DNA of 39,329 nucleotides from sequence record PZ402303.1, one strand, 5' to 3'. Positions 7,008 through 17,438 of the stretch are shown one piece after another (positions within the stretch are counted from its first letter, which is position 1; each line of letters opens with the position of its first letter). The DNA is from a phage. The notes beneath the pieces were generated by a model, which ran no database searches, was not told where the DNA came from, and saw nothing but the letters and a program-made list of their open reading frames with translations. The position numbers were made by a program, and so were the translations under genes.

Positions 7008-9659
7008 ATGACTAACGTAATCAACGCACCAAAGAACGACTTCTCTGACATCGCTAACGCAATCATGCCGTACAACATTCTGGCTGACCATTACGGTGCA
7101 CAGCTTGCAGCTACGCAGTTACAGCTTGAGCACGAAGCGCACACTGAGGGTGAGAAGCGTTTTCTTAAGGCAATGGAACGTCAAATCAAAGCGGGTGAGT
7201 TCGGTGATAACGCAGTGGCTAAACCGCTCCTGTCATCTCTCGCACCGAAGTTTATCGAGGCGTGGAACACTTGGTTCACTGAAGTGGAAGCGAAGCGTGG
7301 CAAGCGTCCAGTGGCTTACAATCTGGTACAGAAGGTTGCACCTGAAGCTGCTGCATTCATCACACTGAAGGTCACGCTGGCTTGCTTGACGAAAGAAGAG
7401 TTCACCAACCTGCAATCGGTCGCTACTAAGATTGGTCGTAGCATTGAAGATGAACTGCGTTTTGGTCGCATCCGTGACGAAGAAGCGAAGCACTTTAAGA
7501 ACCACGTACAGGAGGCACTGAACAAGCGCGTTGGCATCGTCTACAAGAAAGCATTCATGCAAGCCGTAGAGGGTAAGATGCTTGATGCTGGTCAACTGCA
7601 AACCAAGTGGACTACATGGACACCTGAAGAATCAATTCACGTTGGTGTGCGCATGTTGGAACTGCTCATCGGGTCTACTGGTCTCGTTGAGTTACACCGC
7701 CCGTTCGCTGGGAACATCGAGAAGGATGGCGAGTACATCCAGTTAACAGAACAATATGTAGACCTGCTGTCTAAACGTGCTGGTGCACTGGCTGCAATCG
7801 CTCCGATGTATCAGCCTTGCGTGGTCCCTCCGAAGCCTTGGACTTCTCCGGTTGGTGGTGGCTATTGGGCGGCTGGTCGCAAGCCTCTCTCTCTGGTTCG
7901 TACTGGTAGCAAGAAGGGACTGGAACGTTACAACGATGTGTACATGCCTGAAGTTTACAAGGCGGTGAACATCGCACAGAATACTCCTTGGAAGATTAAC
8001 AAGAAGGTTCTGGCAGTGGTCAACGAGATTGTGAACTGGAAGCATTGCCCGGTTGAAGATGTACCTGCTCTCGAACGTGGTGAACTGCCTGTCAAACCTG
8101 AAGACATCGACACGAACGAAGCGGCTCTGAAAGCGTGGAAGAAAGCGGCCTCCGCAATCTATCGCAAAGAGAAAGCACGAGTTTCTCGCCGCATGAGCAT
8201 GGAGTTCATGTTAGGTCAGGCCAATAAGTTCGCACAGTTCAAAGCTATCTGGTTCCCAATGAACATGGACTGGCGCGGTCGTGTGTATGCTGTGCCGATG
8301 TTTAACCCGCAAGGCAACGACATGACCAAAGGCTTGTTGACGCTCGCTAAAGGTAAACCAATCGGTGTCGATGGGTACTACTGGCTGAAGATTCACGGTG
8401 CTAACACTGCTGGCGTGGACAAGGTGGACTTTGCAGAACGCATCAAGTTCATTGATGACAACCATGAGAACATCATGAGCGTAGCTGCTGACCCGATTGC
8501 TAACACTTGGTGGGCCGAGCAAGACTCTCCGTTCTGCTTCCTCGCGTTCTGCTTCGAGTATGCAGGAGTCCAGCACCACGGGATGAACTACAACTGCTCT
8601 CTTCCGCTGGCGTTTGATGGTAGCTGCTCCGGTATTCAGCACTTCTCCGCAATGCTTCGTGATGAAATTGGTGGTCGCGCTGTTAACTTACTGCCGAGCA
8701 AGGAAGTCCAAGACATCTACCGCATCGTAGCGGAACGTGTCAACGAGATTCTGAACCAAGATGTTATCAACGGGACCGACAACGAAGTAGAGACCGTGAC
8801 CAACAAGGACACAGGGGAAATCACTGAGAAGCTCAAGCTGGGTACTAAAGAACTAGCTGGTCAGTGGCTGGCCTACGGTGTGACCCGCAAGGTCACTAAG
8901 CGTTCGGTTATGACGTTGGCTTACGGTTCCAAAGAGTACGGATTCCGTGACCAAGTTCTTGAGGATACCATTCAGCCAGCTATCGACGATGGCAAGGGCT
9001 TGATGTTCACTCAACCGAACCAAGCGGCTGGCTATATGGCTAAACTGATTTGGAACGCGGTAACGGTGACAGTGGTCGCAGCGGTTGAAGCAATGAACTG
9101 GCTGAAGTCTGCGGCTAAACTTCTAGCTGCTGAAGTCAAGGACAAGAAGACCAAAGAGGTTCTCCGCAAGCGCTGCGCGGTACATTGGGTTACTCCTGAT
9201 GGCTTCCCGGTCTGGCAGGAATACAAGAAGCCAGTACAGACCCGCTTGAACCTGATGTTCTTAGGCCAGATTCGTCTACAGCCTACCGTGAACACCAACA
9301 AGGATAGCGGAATTGATGCTCGTAAGCAGGAGTCAGGCATCGCACCTAACTTTGTCCACTCAATGGATGGAAGCCACCTGCGCATGACTGTGGTCCGCTC
9401 CAATGAGGTCTACGGTGTGGAATCGTTCGCACTGATTCACGACTCCTTTGGTACTATCCCTGCTGATGCTGGCAACCTGTTTAAAGCAGTGCGCGAAACG
9501 ATGGTCAACACTTACGAAGAGAACGATGTACTAGCAGACTTCTATGAGCAATTTGCTGACCAGTTACATGAATCACAGCTTGACAAGATGCCTGAGATGC
9601 CAGCTAAAGGTTCTCTGGACCTGCAAGAAATCCTTAAGTCAGACTTTGCGTTTGCCTAA
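7008..9659 (+). CDS. 1: Single-subunit DNA-directed RNA polymerase (gp1), 883 aa
   Basis: Same length as T7 RNAP; conserved blocks PCVVPPKPW, WFPYNMDWRGRVYAV-like, DGSCSGIQHFSAMLRDE, HDSFGT, C-terminal FAFA. Confidence 0.97.
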   Translation: MTNVINAPKNDFSDIANAIMPYNILADHYGAQLAATQLQLEHEAHTEGEKRFLKAMERQIKAGEFGDNAVAKPLLSSLAPKFIEAWNTWFTEVEAKRGKRPVAYNLVQKVAPEAAAFITLKVTLACLTKEEFTNLQSVATKIGRSIEDELRFGRIRDEEAKHFKNHVQEALNKRVGIVYKKAFMQAVEGKMLDAGQLQTKWTTWTPEESIHVGVRMLELLIGSTGLVELHRPFAGNIEKDGEYIQLTEQYVDLLSKRAGALAAIAPMYQPCVVPPKPWTSPVGGGYWAAGRKPLSLVRTGSKKGLERYNDVYMPEVYKAVNIAQNTPWKINKKVLAVVNEIVNWKHCPVEDVPALERGELPVKPEDIDTNEAALKAWKKAASAIYRKEKARVSRRMSMEFMLGQANKFAQFKAIWFPMNMDWRGRVYAVPMFNPQGNDMTKGLLTLAKGKPIGVDGYYWLKIHGANTAGVDKVDFAERIKFIDDNHENIMSVAADPIANTWWAEQDSPFCFLAFCFEYAGVQHHGMNYNCSLPLAFDGSCSGIQHFSAMLRDEIGGRAVNLLPSKEVQDIYRIVAERVNEILNQDVINGTDNEVETVTNKDTGEITEKLKLGTKELAGQWLAYGVTRKVTKRSVMTLAYGSKEYGFRDQVLEDTIQPAIDDGKGLMFTQPNQAAGYMAKLIWNAVTVTVVAAVEAMNWLKSAAKLLAAEVKDKKTKEVLRKRCAVHWVTPDGFPVWQEYKKPVQTRLNLMFLGQIRLQPTVNTNKDSGIDARKQESGIAPNFVHSMDGSHLRMTVVRSNEVYGVESFALIHDSFGTIPADAGNLFKAVRETMVNTYEENDVLADFYEQFADQLHESQLDKMPEMPAKGSLDLQEILKSDFAFA

Positions 9660-9666
9660 CGGAATC

Positions 9667-9689
9667 TAATACGACTCACTATTGGGAGA
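9667..9689 (+). promoter_or_regulatory. Phage RNAP promoter (phi1.05/phi1.1A-like)
   Basis: TAATACGACTCACTATT-GGGAGA followed by 5' hairpin GGGAGACCC..GGGTTTCCC. Confidence 0.8.
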
Positions 9690-9750
9690 CCCTTGGGGGT
9701 TTCCCTACTTTAAGATAACTTTAAGTTTAACTTTAAGAGGAAACATAATC

Positions 9751-10308
9751 ATGTTTACTTTCATCACTTCAGTAGGCGCTCTCGTAGCAACCATTCTTGC
9801 AGCAACATACTACAACCGTTCAAAGGTATTTCTCACCAAGCTAATCAAAGAAGAGAAGAACTCTCACGCACTCAAAGAGAGACTTGAAGATGGGTGGCTA
9901 GAGAGGCAGGAACTAGCTGGTCGAATCCGTACTTTAGAGTTCGAACAACAATATGACATGTCGAACCAACGAGAACTCATTGAGCGTCTACGCGCTGAGG
10001 CAATGGAGTACCGCAAGGAACTTAAAGAGGCAAAGAGTACCATCCGTGAGTACACATACAGTGACATCACGTCTATCAAGTTTACTGCTCACATCCCGGA
10101 TGCTGGATGGAAGCGCACTGAGTTCAAGCTAGGCATAGGGTCTTGCGGCAAAGAGGTTACGTGTTTGCACTGGAAAGAACAGTCGGACCGCTACCTGCTG
10201 ACACAGACGTGCACTGATGGTGAGCGCAAAGAGTTCACCTATTATAAGAAAGACGTAGCTGGTCGCATTGAGATTGCACGTAAGGTTGCAGACAATACGA
10301 CTCACTAA
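9751..10308 (+). CDS. Hypothetical membrane-anchored coiled-coil protein, 185 aa (positional analogue of T3-lineage gene 1.05)
   Basis: ATG at 9751 with RBS AAGAGG; N-terminal hydrophobic helix (FTFITSVGALVATILAATYY), charged coiled-coil segment, C-terminal domain with 3 Cys; the track ORF start at 9682 is a TTG inside the promoter. Confidence 0.7.
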   Translation: MFTFITSVGALVATILAATYYNRSKVFLTKLIKEEKNSHALKERLEDGWLERQELAGRIRTLEFEQQYDMSNQRELIERLRAEAMEYRKELKEAKSTIREYTYSDITSIKFTAHIPDAGWKRTEFKLGIGSCGKEVTCLHWKEQSDRYLLTQTCTDGERKEFTYYKKDVAGRIEIARKVADNTTH

Positions 10309-10315
10309 TGGGAAA
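10293..10315 (+). promoter_or_regulatory. Phage RNAP promoter (phi1.1B-like)
   Basis: CAATACGACTCACTAAT-GGGAAA; overlaps the last codons of the preceding CDS. Confidence 0.75.
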
Positions 10316-10324
10316 CACTGAAAG

Positions 10325-10366
10325 TTAAACTCAAGGTCATCTACATGGTGGCCTTCATGATTAACT
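10325..10366 (+). promoter_or_regulatory. RNase III-type hairpin (R1.1-like)
   Basis: aaactcaaggtcatctacatggtggccttcatgattaac. Confidence 0.55.
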
Positions 10367-10397
10367 GTCAACGATACTACCAAGAGGAAATAACATT

Positions 10398-10547
10398 ATG
10401 CGTACCAACTTTGAACCAACCACTAAGCGCAACAACATCATCAATGAACATGGTGCTGAATGGCAGGAACGTAAAGACCGCATGAAGAAACGTCACAAGA
10501 CACAACGTGGCAACTCTGAGAAACGCAACTGGAAGGAGGCACTCTAA
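10398..10547 (+). CDS. 1.1: Small basic protein gp1.1-like, 49 aa
   Basis: RBS AAGAGGAAA; MRTNFEPTTKRNN...; stop overlaps gene 1.2 start (TAATG); under track threshold. Confidence 0.6.
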   Translation: MRTNFEPTTKRNNIINEHGAEWQERKDRMKKRHKTQRGNSEKRNWKEAL

Positions 10548-10819
10548 TGGGTCGCTTATACAGTGGTAACTTAATAGCATACAAAGACGCTATCGAACGG
10601 CTTAAAGAAGACCACGATGCAAATGTGGTCGTTGAGACTTATCGCTATGAGGACTTCACACAGCGACGGATGGTCGCCGGAGAGACACTTCGAGTGGTCT
10701 TACGGGATGGCTTAATGCTGACCGCTAAGTGTTTCGAACAGGACGACGAAGACGTTCGTTGCAATGCACAGACTGAATGGCTTCGTAAGGTACACAACGA
10801 CCTGAAGCACTGGAAGTAA
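10547..10819 (+). CDS. 1.2: gp1.2-like protein (host dGTPase inhibitor family), 90 aa
   Basis: N-terminus MGRLYSGNL and C-terminus L.DWK-like as in recalled T7 gp1.2; RBS GGAAGGAGG. Confidence 0.8.
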   Translation: MGRLYSGNLIAYKDAIERLKEDHDANVVVETYRYEDFTQRRMVAGETLRVVLRDGLMLTAKCFEQDDEDVRCNAQTEWLRKVHNDLKHWK

Positions 10820-10839
10820 TACGACTCACTATTGCGAGA
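10817..10839 (+). promoter_or_regulatory. Phage RNAP promoter (phi1.3-like)
   Basis: TAATACGACTCACTATT-GCGAGA. Confidence 0.75.
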
Positions 10840-10842
10840 GGT

Positions 10843-10882
10843 AAACTAAAGGTCATCTACACGGTGGCCTTTGTGATTAACT
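10843..10882 (+). promoter_or_regulatory. RNase III-type hairpin (R1.3-like)
   Basis: aaactaaaggtcatctacacggtggcctttgtgattaac. Confidence 0.55.
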
Positions 10883-10924
10883 TTTGCTTAAACATTAACC
10901 AATACACACTAAAGGAGTTCCATT

Positions 10925-11956
10925 ATGGAAATCACATTCAAGACTAACCCATTCAAAGCAGTATCCTACGTTGAGTCTGCCATTAAGAAAGCACTCGACA
11001 AGGCTGGCTACCTGATTGCTGACACTAAGCATGATGGTGTACGTGGTAACATCGTGGTTGACAATACGGCTGACTGCCTGTGGCTGTCCCGTGTCTCCAA
11101 GACCATCCCCGCGCTTGAGCACCTTAATGGGTTCGACCAACGCTGGGCTAATGTTCTCAAAGATGACCGCTGGATTTTCCCTGATGGCTTCATGCTTGAT
11201 GGTGAACTGATGGTCAAAGGTGTTGACTTCAACACAGGGTCTGGCCTACTGCGTACCAAGTGGCTCAAGAAGACGAACTGTGGATTTGATATTGGTGGAG
11301 TAGAGCCTCTCAAGGGGAGTAAAGTAGACTTCTGCTTAGACCCTAAGAAACTTAAGGTTGTCCTGTATGCCGCTATGCCGTATCACGATATGGTAGAAGG
11401 CAAAGAGTATGGCGTTATGTCCCTCCTGATGCAAGAGCATGTGCGTTCCCTCATTCCGGTTCTTAGTGAACACTTCCCGGAAATCACTTGGGAACTCTCT
11501 GAGGCCAAAGAAGTCTACGACATGGTAGAACTTCAGGAACTCTACGAGAAAGCCCGTGCCGATGGTCATGAAGGTCTGGTCGTCAAAGACCCGCTTGAAG
11601 TCTACAAGCGTGGCAAGAAGTCTGGCTGGTGGAAGATGAAGCCTGAGAATGAAGCTGATGGTATTATCGTTGGCCTCAATTGGGGTACTCCGGGTCTGGC
11701 TAATGAAGGTAAAGTGATTGGCTTCGAGGTTCTCTTGGAGTCCGGTCGTGTAGTCTCTGCCAACAACATTAGCCAAGCGTTGATGGATGAGTTCACTGCT
11801 GCCGTCAAACATGCTGAGTCTGTGGGTATGGGTATGCCGTACACTGGCTTCGCCTGTCAGGTTGCCTACATGGAGGAAACTCCAGACGGTTCTCTGCGTC
11901 ACCCATCGTTCGTTATGTTCCGTGGAACTGAGGATAACCCAAAGGAGAAAATGTAA
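10925..11956 (+). CDS. 1.3: ATP-dependent DNA ligase (gp1.3), 343 aa
   Basis: Adenylation motif K-H-D-G (TKHDGVRGN); high similarity to recalled T7 ligase including C-terminal YMEETPDGSLRHPSFVMFRGTEDNP. Confidence 0.95.
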   Translation: MEITFKTNPFKAVSYVESAIKKALDKAGYLIADTKHDGVRGNIVVDNTADCLWLSRVSKTIPALEHLNGFDQRWANVLKDDRWIFPDGFMLDGELMVKGVDFNTGSGLLRTKWLKKTNCGFDIGGVEPLKGSKVDFCLDPKKLKVVLYAAMPYHDMVEGKEYGVMSLLMQEHVRSLIPVLSEHFPEITWELSEAKEVYDMVELQELYEKARADGHEGLVVKDPLEVYKRGKKSGWWKMKPENEADGIIVGLNWGTPGLANEGKVIGFEVLLESGRVVSANNISQALMDEFTAAVKHAESVGMGMPYTGFACQVAYMEETPDGSLRHPSFVMFRGTEDNPKEKM

Positions 11957-12138
11957 TGCTTATCTTTGACGAGAACGGTTGGAGAGTGTATCAACACCCA
12001 CACCTGATGATATTCCACATATCAAAGTGGATGGAAGGAGATGACCGGAGAAGCTACGGGAGAACTTGGGACTACTTTACTGTCCATGAGTGCCATAGTA
12101 TTAAGGAAGTCAAAGAGTACCTACGAAACAATATGTAA
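11956..12138 (+). CDS. Hypothetical small early protein, 60 aa
   Basis: ATG overlaps ligase stop (TAATG); RBS AAAGGAG at 8-nt spacing. Confidence 0.55.
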   Translation: MLIFDENGWRVYQHPHLMIFHISKWMEGDDRRSYGRTWDYFTVHECHSIKEVKEYLRNNM

Positions 12139-12146
12139 AGACAAAT

Positions 12147-12180
12147 GGTCAGTCCTTAACGGGCTGGCCTTTTTGTGTTT
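12147..12180 (+). terminator. Rho-independent early terminator (TE-like)
   Basis: Stem GGTCAGTCC / GGGCTGGCC with loop TTAAC followed by TTTTTGTGTTT. Confidence 0.6.
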
Positions 12181-12202
12181 CTATACGACTCACTATGGAG
12201 GA
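12180..12202 (+). promoter_or_regulatory. Phage RNAP promoter (phi1.5-like, variant)
   Basis: TCTATACGACTCACTAT-GGAGGA; the initiating region doubles as RBS. Confidence 0.6.
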
Positions 12203-12210
12203 ACTACCTC

Positions 12211-12291
12211 ATGCTATTTCTAATTGCTGCTGCTATCTTTGCCACGTTTGCCTTCGTTATCATTGACGACAACTGCTGGCCGGATTGCTAA
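12211..12291 (+). CDS. Hydrophobic micro-protein, 26 aa (MLFLIAAAIFATFAFVIIDDNCWPDC)
   Basis: RBS GGAGGA 8 nt upstream; single TM-like segment; sits between two phage promoters. Confidence 0.45.
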   Translation: MLFLIAAAIFATFAFVIIDDNCWPDC

Positions 12292-12311
12292 TACGACTCA
12301 CCTATGGAGGA
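12289..12311 (+). promoter_or_regulatory. Phage RNAP promoter (phi1.6-like, variant)
   Basis: TAATACGACTCACCTAT-GGAGGA. Confidence 0.6.
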
Positions 12312-12318
12312 CACAACT

Positions 12319-12582
12319 ATGTTAAGACTTCACTTCAACAAATCTAATGGCATCTTCTCTGCGCGTGGCGCTGACCGCTCTACGGTTCTGGCCTCTGAGA
12401 AACACGCAGTCATCCCTAAAGTGCTTGGCTCGACCATTGAGTTAGCACCTCGTGTTCACGCTGTAATCACCACTGGCTTATATAAAGAAGCGACCACTGG
12501 CTCCCGGCCTTTCATTCCGGTTCTCGTCACCCGTTTTCCTAAAGTCCGTCTGGTAATTGCGCGTATCAAGGAGGTGTTCTAA
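12319..12582 (+). CDS. 1.6: gp1.6-like protein, 87 aa
   Basis: MLRLHFNKSNGIF...RIKEVF resembles recalled T7 gp1.6; RBS GGAGGA; track start 12304 lies inside the promoter. Confidence 0.75.
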   Translation: MLRLHFNKSNGIFSARGADRSTVLASEKHAVIPKVLGSTIELAPRVHAVITTGLYKEATTGSRPFIPVLVTRFPKVRLVIARIKEVF

Positions 12583-12893
12583 TGGTCTGCATGGCATGTT
12601 TAGAGAATGATGACCGCTACCCTCACACCTGTGAACCTGTAGCTAAACCACAAGATATAGAGGGTGTTCGCAAGCCGAGCCACTATATGTTGTTTGATGA
12701 CATTGAGGCTATCGAGGTGATTGCCCGTTCGATGACCCGTGAACAGTTCAAAGGGTACTGCTTAGGGAATATCCTTAAGTACCGCCTCCGTGCTGGTAAG
12801 AAATCCGAACTGGCATTCTTAGAGAAGGACATGGCGAAAGCTGGGTTCTACGGTGAACTGTACGAGAAACATAAAGGTAAATGCCATGCTTAA
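12582..12893 (+). CDS. 1.7: Short gp1.7-like nucleotide kinase homologue, 103 aa
   Basis: CLENDDRYPHTC and KPSHYMLFDDIEAIEVIARSMT.EQFKGYC.GNILKYRLRAGKKSELA.LEKD match the recalled N-terminal motif and C-terminal half of T7 gp1.7 (196 aa). Confidence 0.8.
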   Translation: MVCMACLENDDRYPHTCEPVAKPQDIEGVRKPSHYMLFDDIEAIEVIARSMTREQFKGYCLGNILKYRLRAGKKSELAFLEKDMAKAGFYGELYEKHKGKCHA

Positions 12894-12984
12894 ACCTAGC
12901 GAATGGTGTGAGCGTATGTTTGAAAAGACAGGTAACACCGACTACCTTGAATTATATAATCACTGGAAGGAGAGAGGACAATGA
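12886..12984 (+). CDS. Small protein, 32 aa (positional gp1.8 analogue)
   Basis: ATG at 12886 overlaps 1.7 end; stop overlaps gene 2 start (ATGA); weak SD. Confidence 0.4.
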   Translation: MLKPSEWCERMFEKTGNTDYLELYNHWKERGQ

Positions 12985-13172
12985 GCACTCTGAATAAAGG
13001 GTCACTGGTAAACGGTGACAAGAAGTTCTTCGCTACGGTAGAAGGCCAAGGCCAATCGTTCGAAGTACCTGTGTTCGCTACGTCTCTTGAAGAGGCCAAT
13101 GAGTTAGCTGAGTGGCAATACGTCCCTGCTGGCTTCGCTGTAACACGCATCCGTCCAGACCGTAAGGTTTAA
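12981..13172 (+). CDS. 2: Inhibitor of host RNA polymerase (gp2), 63 aa
   Basis: Strong similarity to recalled T7 gp2 (...[25 protein letters not shown]); RBS GGAAGGAGAGAGG. Confidence 0.9.
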   Translation: MSTLNKGSLVNGDKKFFATVEGQGQSFEVPVFATSLEEANELAEWQYVPAGFAVTRIRPDRKV

Positions 13173-13192
13173 TAGGACTCACTAATGGGAGA
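13170..13192 (+). promoter_or_regulatory. Phage RNAP promoter (phi2.5-like)
   Basis: TAATAGGACTCACTAAT-GGGAGA with 5' hairpin GGGAGACACTAACGTTTCCCC. Confidence 0.75.
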
Positions 13193-13242
13193 CACTAACG
13201 TTTCCCCACTTTAACTTTCAGAAACTTTAAAGGAGAATCATT

Positions 13243-13947
13243 ATGGCATTCGCAAAACGTAAAGTATTCACTTCCGCTCGTGGTGTTGCTGAACCTTACT
13301 GCTATCTGGCAAAGCCGGACTTCGGTAGTGGCGACTTCAAGAACGAACGTGGTGTCTACAAGGTGTCACTTACTGTATCCAACAACGACCCTCGCTGTCA
13401 GAAAATGATTGACGAGATTGTCGAAGCCCATGAAGCGGACTATGCTGCTCGTCTTGAAGAGTACGAAGCGAACCCGCCGAAAGTTGTCAAGGGTAAGAAA
13501 CCGCTGAAGCCGTATGTTGGCGACATGCCTTTCATGGATAACGAAGACGGAACCACTACGTTCAACTTCAAGTGCTACGGCTCGTTCACTGACAAGAAGA
13601 CTGGTGAGAACAAACCAATCGACTTGGCTATTGTGGACTCCAAAGGTAAGCGCATCCGTGGCGAGCGTCCAGCTATCTCTGGTGGCTCTGAACTGAAGAT
13701 TAAATACACTCTGTTCCCTTATGGTTGGTCTGCTGTGGCAGGTGCTTCCGTTAAGCTGCAACTGGATTCCGTGATGCTGATTAAGCTGGTCGAGTTCGGT
13801 GGTGGTGATGACGATTGGGGTGATGAAATCGAAGAAGATGGCTACGAAGCTGATGAAAGCCAGACCAGTCAACGTCCTAAAAATGATTCTGGTTGGAACG
13901 AAGAACCGGAAGATGAAGGCGACGAAGATGAAGATGGCGACTTCTAA
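13243..13947 (+). CDS. 2.5: Single-stranded DNA-binding protein (gp2.5), 234 aa
   Basis: High similarity to recalled T7 gp2.5; acidic C-terminal tail ending DEDGDF. Confidence 0.95.
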   Translation: MAFAKRKVFTSARGVAEPYCYLAKPDFGSGDFKNERGVYKVSLTVSNNDPRCQKMIDEIVEAHEADYAARLEEYEANPPKVVKGKKPLKPYVGDMPFMDNEDGTTTFNFKCYGSFTDKKTGENKPIDLAIVDSKGKRIRGERPAISGGSELKIKYTLFPYGWSAVAGASVKLQLDSVMLIKLVEFGGGDDDWGDEIEEDGYEADESQTSQRPKNDSGWNEEPEDEGDEDEDGDF

Positions 13948-14393
13948 TGGCTAAGGGATATGCAGGTCGAGGCACTCGTGTGGGTGCCTTTCGCTCTGGC
14001 TTGGAGGATAAGGTAAGCAAACAGCTTGAGTCAAAGAACATTAAGTTCGACTATGAGCGCTGGCGTGTACCATATGTTGTCCCTGCAAGCAACCATACCT
14101 ATTGCCCGGACTTCCTGTTACCTAATGGCATCTTTGTGGAAACCAAAGGTCTGTGGGACAGTGATGACCGCAAGAAACACTTACTGATTCGTGAACAGTA
14201 TCCTGAACTTGATGTGCGCATCGTGTTCTCTTCAAGCCGCTCCAAGCTGTACAAAGGGTCTCCGACCAGCTACGGTGAGTGGTGCGAGAAGCATGGCATT
14301 CTGTTTGCTGATAAATTAATTCCAGTTGATTGGCTGAAAGAGCCTTCTAAGGATGTTCCATTCGATAAATTTAAAGAGGTGAAGAAGAAATGA
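13947..14393 (+). CDS. 3: Endonuclease I, Holliday-junction resolvase (gp3), 148 aa
   Basis: High similarity to recalled T7 gp3 (VGAFRSGLEDKVSKQLESK.IKF.YE.W.VPYV.PASNHTY.PDFLLPNGIFVETKGLW). Confidence 0.95.
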   Translation: MAKGYAGRGTRVGAFRSGLEDKVSKQLESKNIKFDYERWRVPYVVPASNHTYCPDFLLPNGIFVETKGLWDSDDRKKHLLIREQYPELDVRIVFSSSRSKLYKGSPTSYGEWCEKHGILFADKLIPVDWLKEPSKDVPFDKFKEVKKK

Positions 14394-14845
14394 GTAAGGT
14401 ACAATTCAAACCACGCGCTGTGACAGAAGCAATCTTTGTCCACTGTAGCGCAACCAAGGCGTCCATGAATGTTGGACTGCGTGAAATCCGTCAGTGGCAT
14501 AAAGAACAGGGCTGGCTTGATGTAGGCTACCACTTCATTATTCGCCGTGATGGTACAATCGAAGAAGGCCGTCCGGTCGGAGTCGTTGGGTCTCACGTTA
14601 AGGACTGGAACAGTAAGTCGGTCGGTGTGTGCCTCGTTGGTGGTATCGACGATAAGGGCAAACACGAAGCTAACTTTACGCCAGCACAGATGCACTCTCT
14701 TAAAGAGAAACTCGCAGACCTGCTGGACATGTATCCAGATGCAGAAGTAAAAGCGCACCACGATGTGGCACCTAAAGCGTGTCCGTCATTCAACTTGAGC
14801 CGCTGGCTGAAGACTGGTGAATTAGTAACTAGTGATTGGGGTTAA
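14390..14845 (+). CDS. 3.5: N-acetylmuramoyl-L-alanine amidase / lysozyme, RNAP inhibitor (gp3.5), 151 aa
   Basis: High similarity to recalled T7 gp3.5 (AIFVHCSATK...EIRQWHKEQGWLDVGYHFII.RDG...KACPSF). Confidence 0.95.
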   Translation: MSKVQFKPRAVTEAIFVHCSATKASMNVGLREIRQWHKEQGWLDVGYHFIIRRDGTIEEGRPVGVVGSHVKDWNSKSVGVCLVGGIDDKGKHEANFTPAQMHSLKEKLADLLDMYPDAEVKAHHDVAPKACPSFNLSRWLKTGELVTSDWG

Positions 14846-14849
14846 TATT

Positions 14850-14942
14850 ATGATGGTTATCCACGAGATGGGTCTGTACGATTTGATTTATCGCCTCGCG
14901 TTCATGCTGGCAATGGTCTACATTCTTACCCGCAAGGATTAA
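14850..14942 (+). CDS. Small protein, 30 aa (occupies the 3.7/3.8 slot)
   Basis: ATG-ATG at 14850; weak SD (GGGG); no HNH motifs, unlike T7 gp3.8. Confidence 0.3.
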   Translation: MMVIHEMGLYDLIYRLAFMLAMVYILTRKD

Positions 14943-14961
14943 TAGAACTCACTATGGGAGA
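14939..14961 (+). promoter_or_regulatory. Phage RNAP promoter (phi3.8-like, variant)
   Basis: TTAATAGAACTCACTAT-GGGAGA with hairpin GGGAGAGCCgaaaGGTTTCTCCC. Confidence 0.6.
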
Positions 14962-15012
14962 GCCGAAAGGTTTCTCCCTTTGTTCGCTAAAATTGTATAA
15001 GGAGTAATCACT

Positions 15013-16964
<1,952 letters not shown>

Positions 16965-16966
16965 AT

Positions 16967-16989
16967 CAATACAACTCACTAATGGGACA
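16967..16989 (+). promoter_or_regulatory. Phage RNAP promoter (phi4.3-like)
   Basis: CAATACAACTCACTAAT-GGGACA with hairpin GGGACAGACACTCTGTTCCC. Confidence 0.7.
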
Positions 16990-17032
16990 GACACTCTGTT
17001 CCCATTTATCAATCCGCTTAAGGAGAATCACA

Positions 17033-17245
17033 ATGTTTAAATTCATCAATACTCTTGGTAAGCTGTTAGTTAAAATGTACTTCCGTGAAGCTAAACGTCT
17101 GAACGACAAGGCACGTAAGGACGCTGAACAGGCTCAACGCTTGGCGAAGCAGGCACGTCTACTGTCTGAAGATGCAAGTGCTGGCGTTACGTCTGCTGCT
17201 AAGATTGCAGCGAAAGCAACCGACCTCAACAAGTTCTTCCTGTAA
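17033..17245 (+). CDS. 4.3: gp4.3-like protein, 70 aa
   Basis: MFKFINTLGKLLVKMY.REAKRLND.ARK resembles recalled T7 gp4.3; RBS AAGGAG. Confidence 0.8.
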   Translation: MFKFINTLGKLLVKMYFREAKRLNDKARKDAEQAQRLAKQARLLSEDASAGVTSAAKIAAKATDLNKFFL

Positions 17246-17424
17246 TGGTTACGATAACCCTTGTGCTCACTCTGATAACTGTGAGCGGACAAACAATAAG
17301 TCAAGTCCCTATCACGGCACCGAAGGCTGAGGCATACGAAATATGCGAACAGCAAGGGCGCTCATGGTCTAAGGACTTGATGAAGAACGGCAGGGTTTTC
17401 ACTGCCAACTACAACTGTATCTAA
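17245..17424 (+). CDS. Small protein with signal-peptide-like N-terminus, 59 aa
   Basis: ATG overlaps 4.3 stop (TAATG, coupling); hydrophobic N-terminus MVTITLVLTLITVSG then polar region with 2 Cys. Confidence 0.4.
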   Translation: MVTITLVLTLITVSGQTISQVPITAPKAEAYEICEQQGRSWSKDLMKNGRVFTANYNCI

Positions 17425-17438
17425 TAGGAGTACACAAC

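Noticed and set aside
9682-9750. Track ORF starts upstream of the true starts (9682, 12304, 16982, 21882, 29964, 15074, 20833, 27312)
   Set aside because: These N-terminal extensions begin at TTG/GTG or ATG triplets inside promoter or leader sequence and lack RBS; downstream ATGs with proper SD were used
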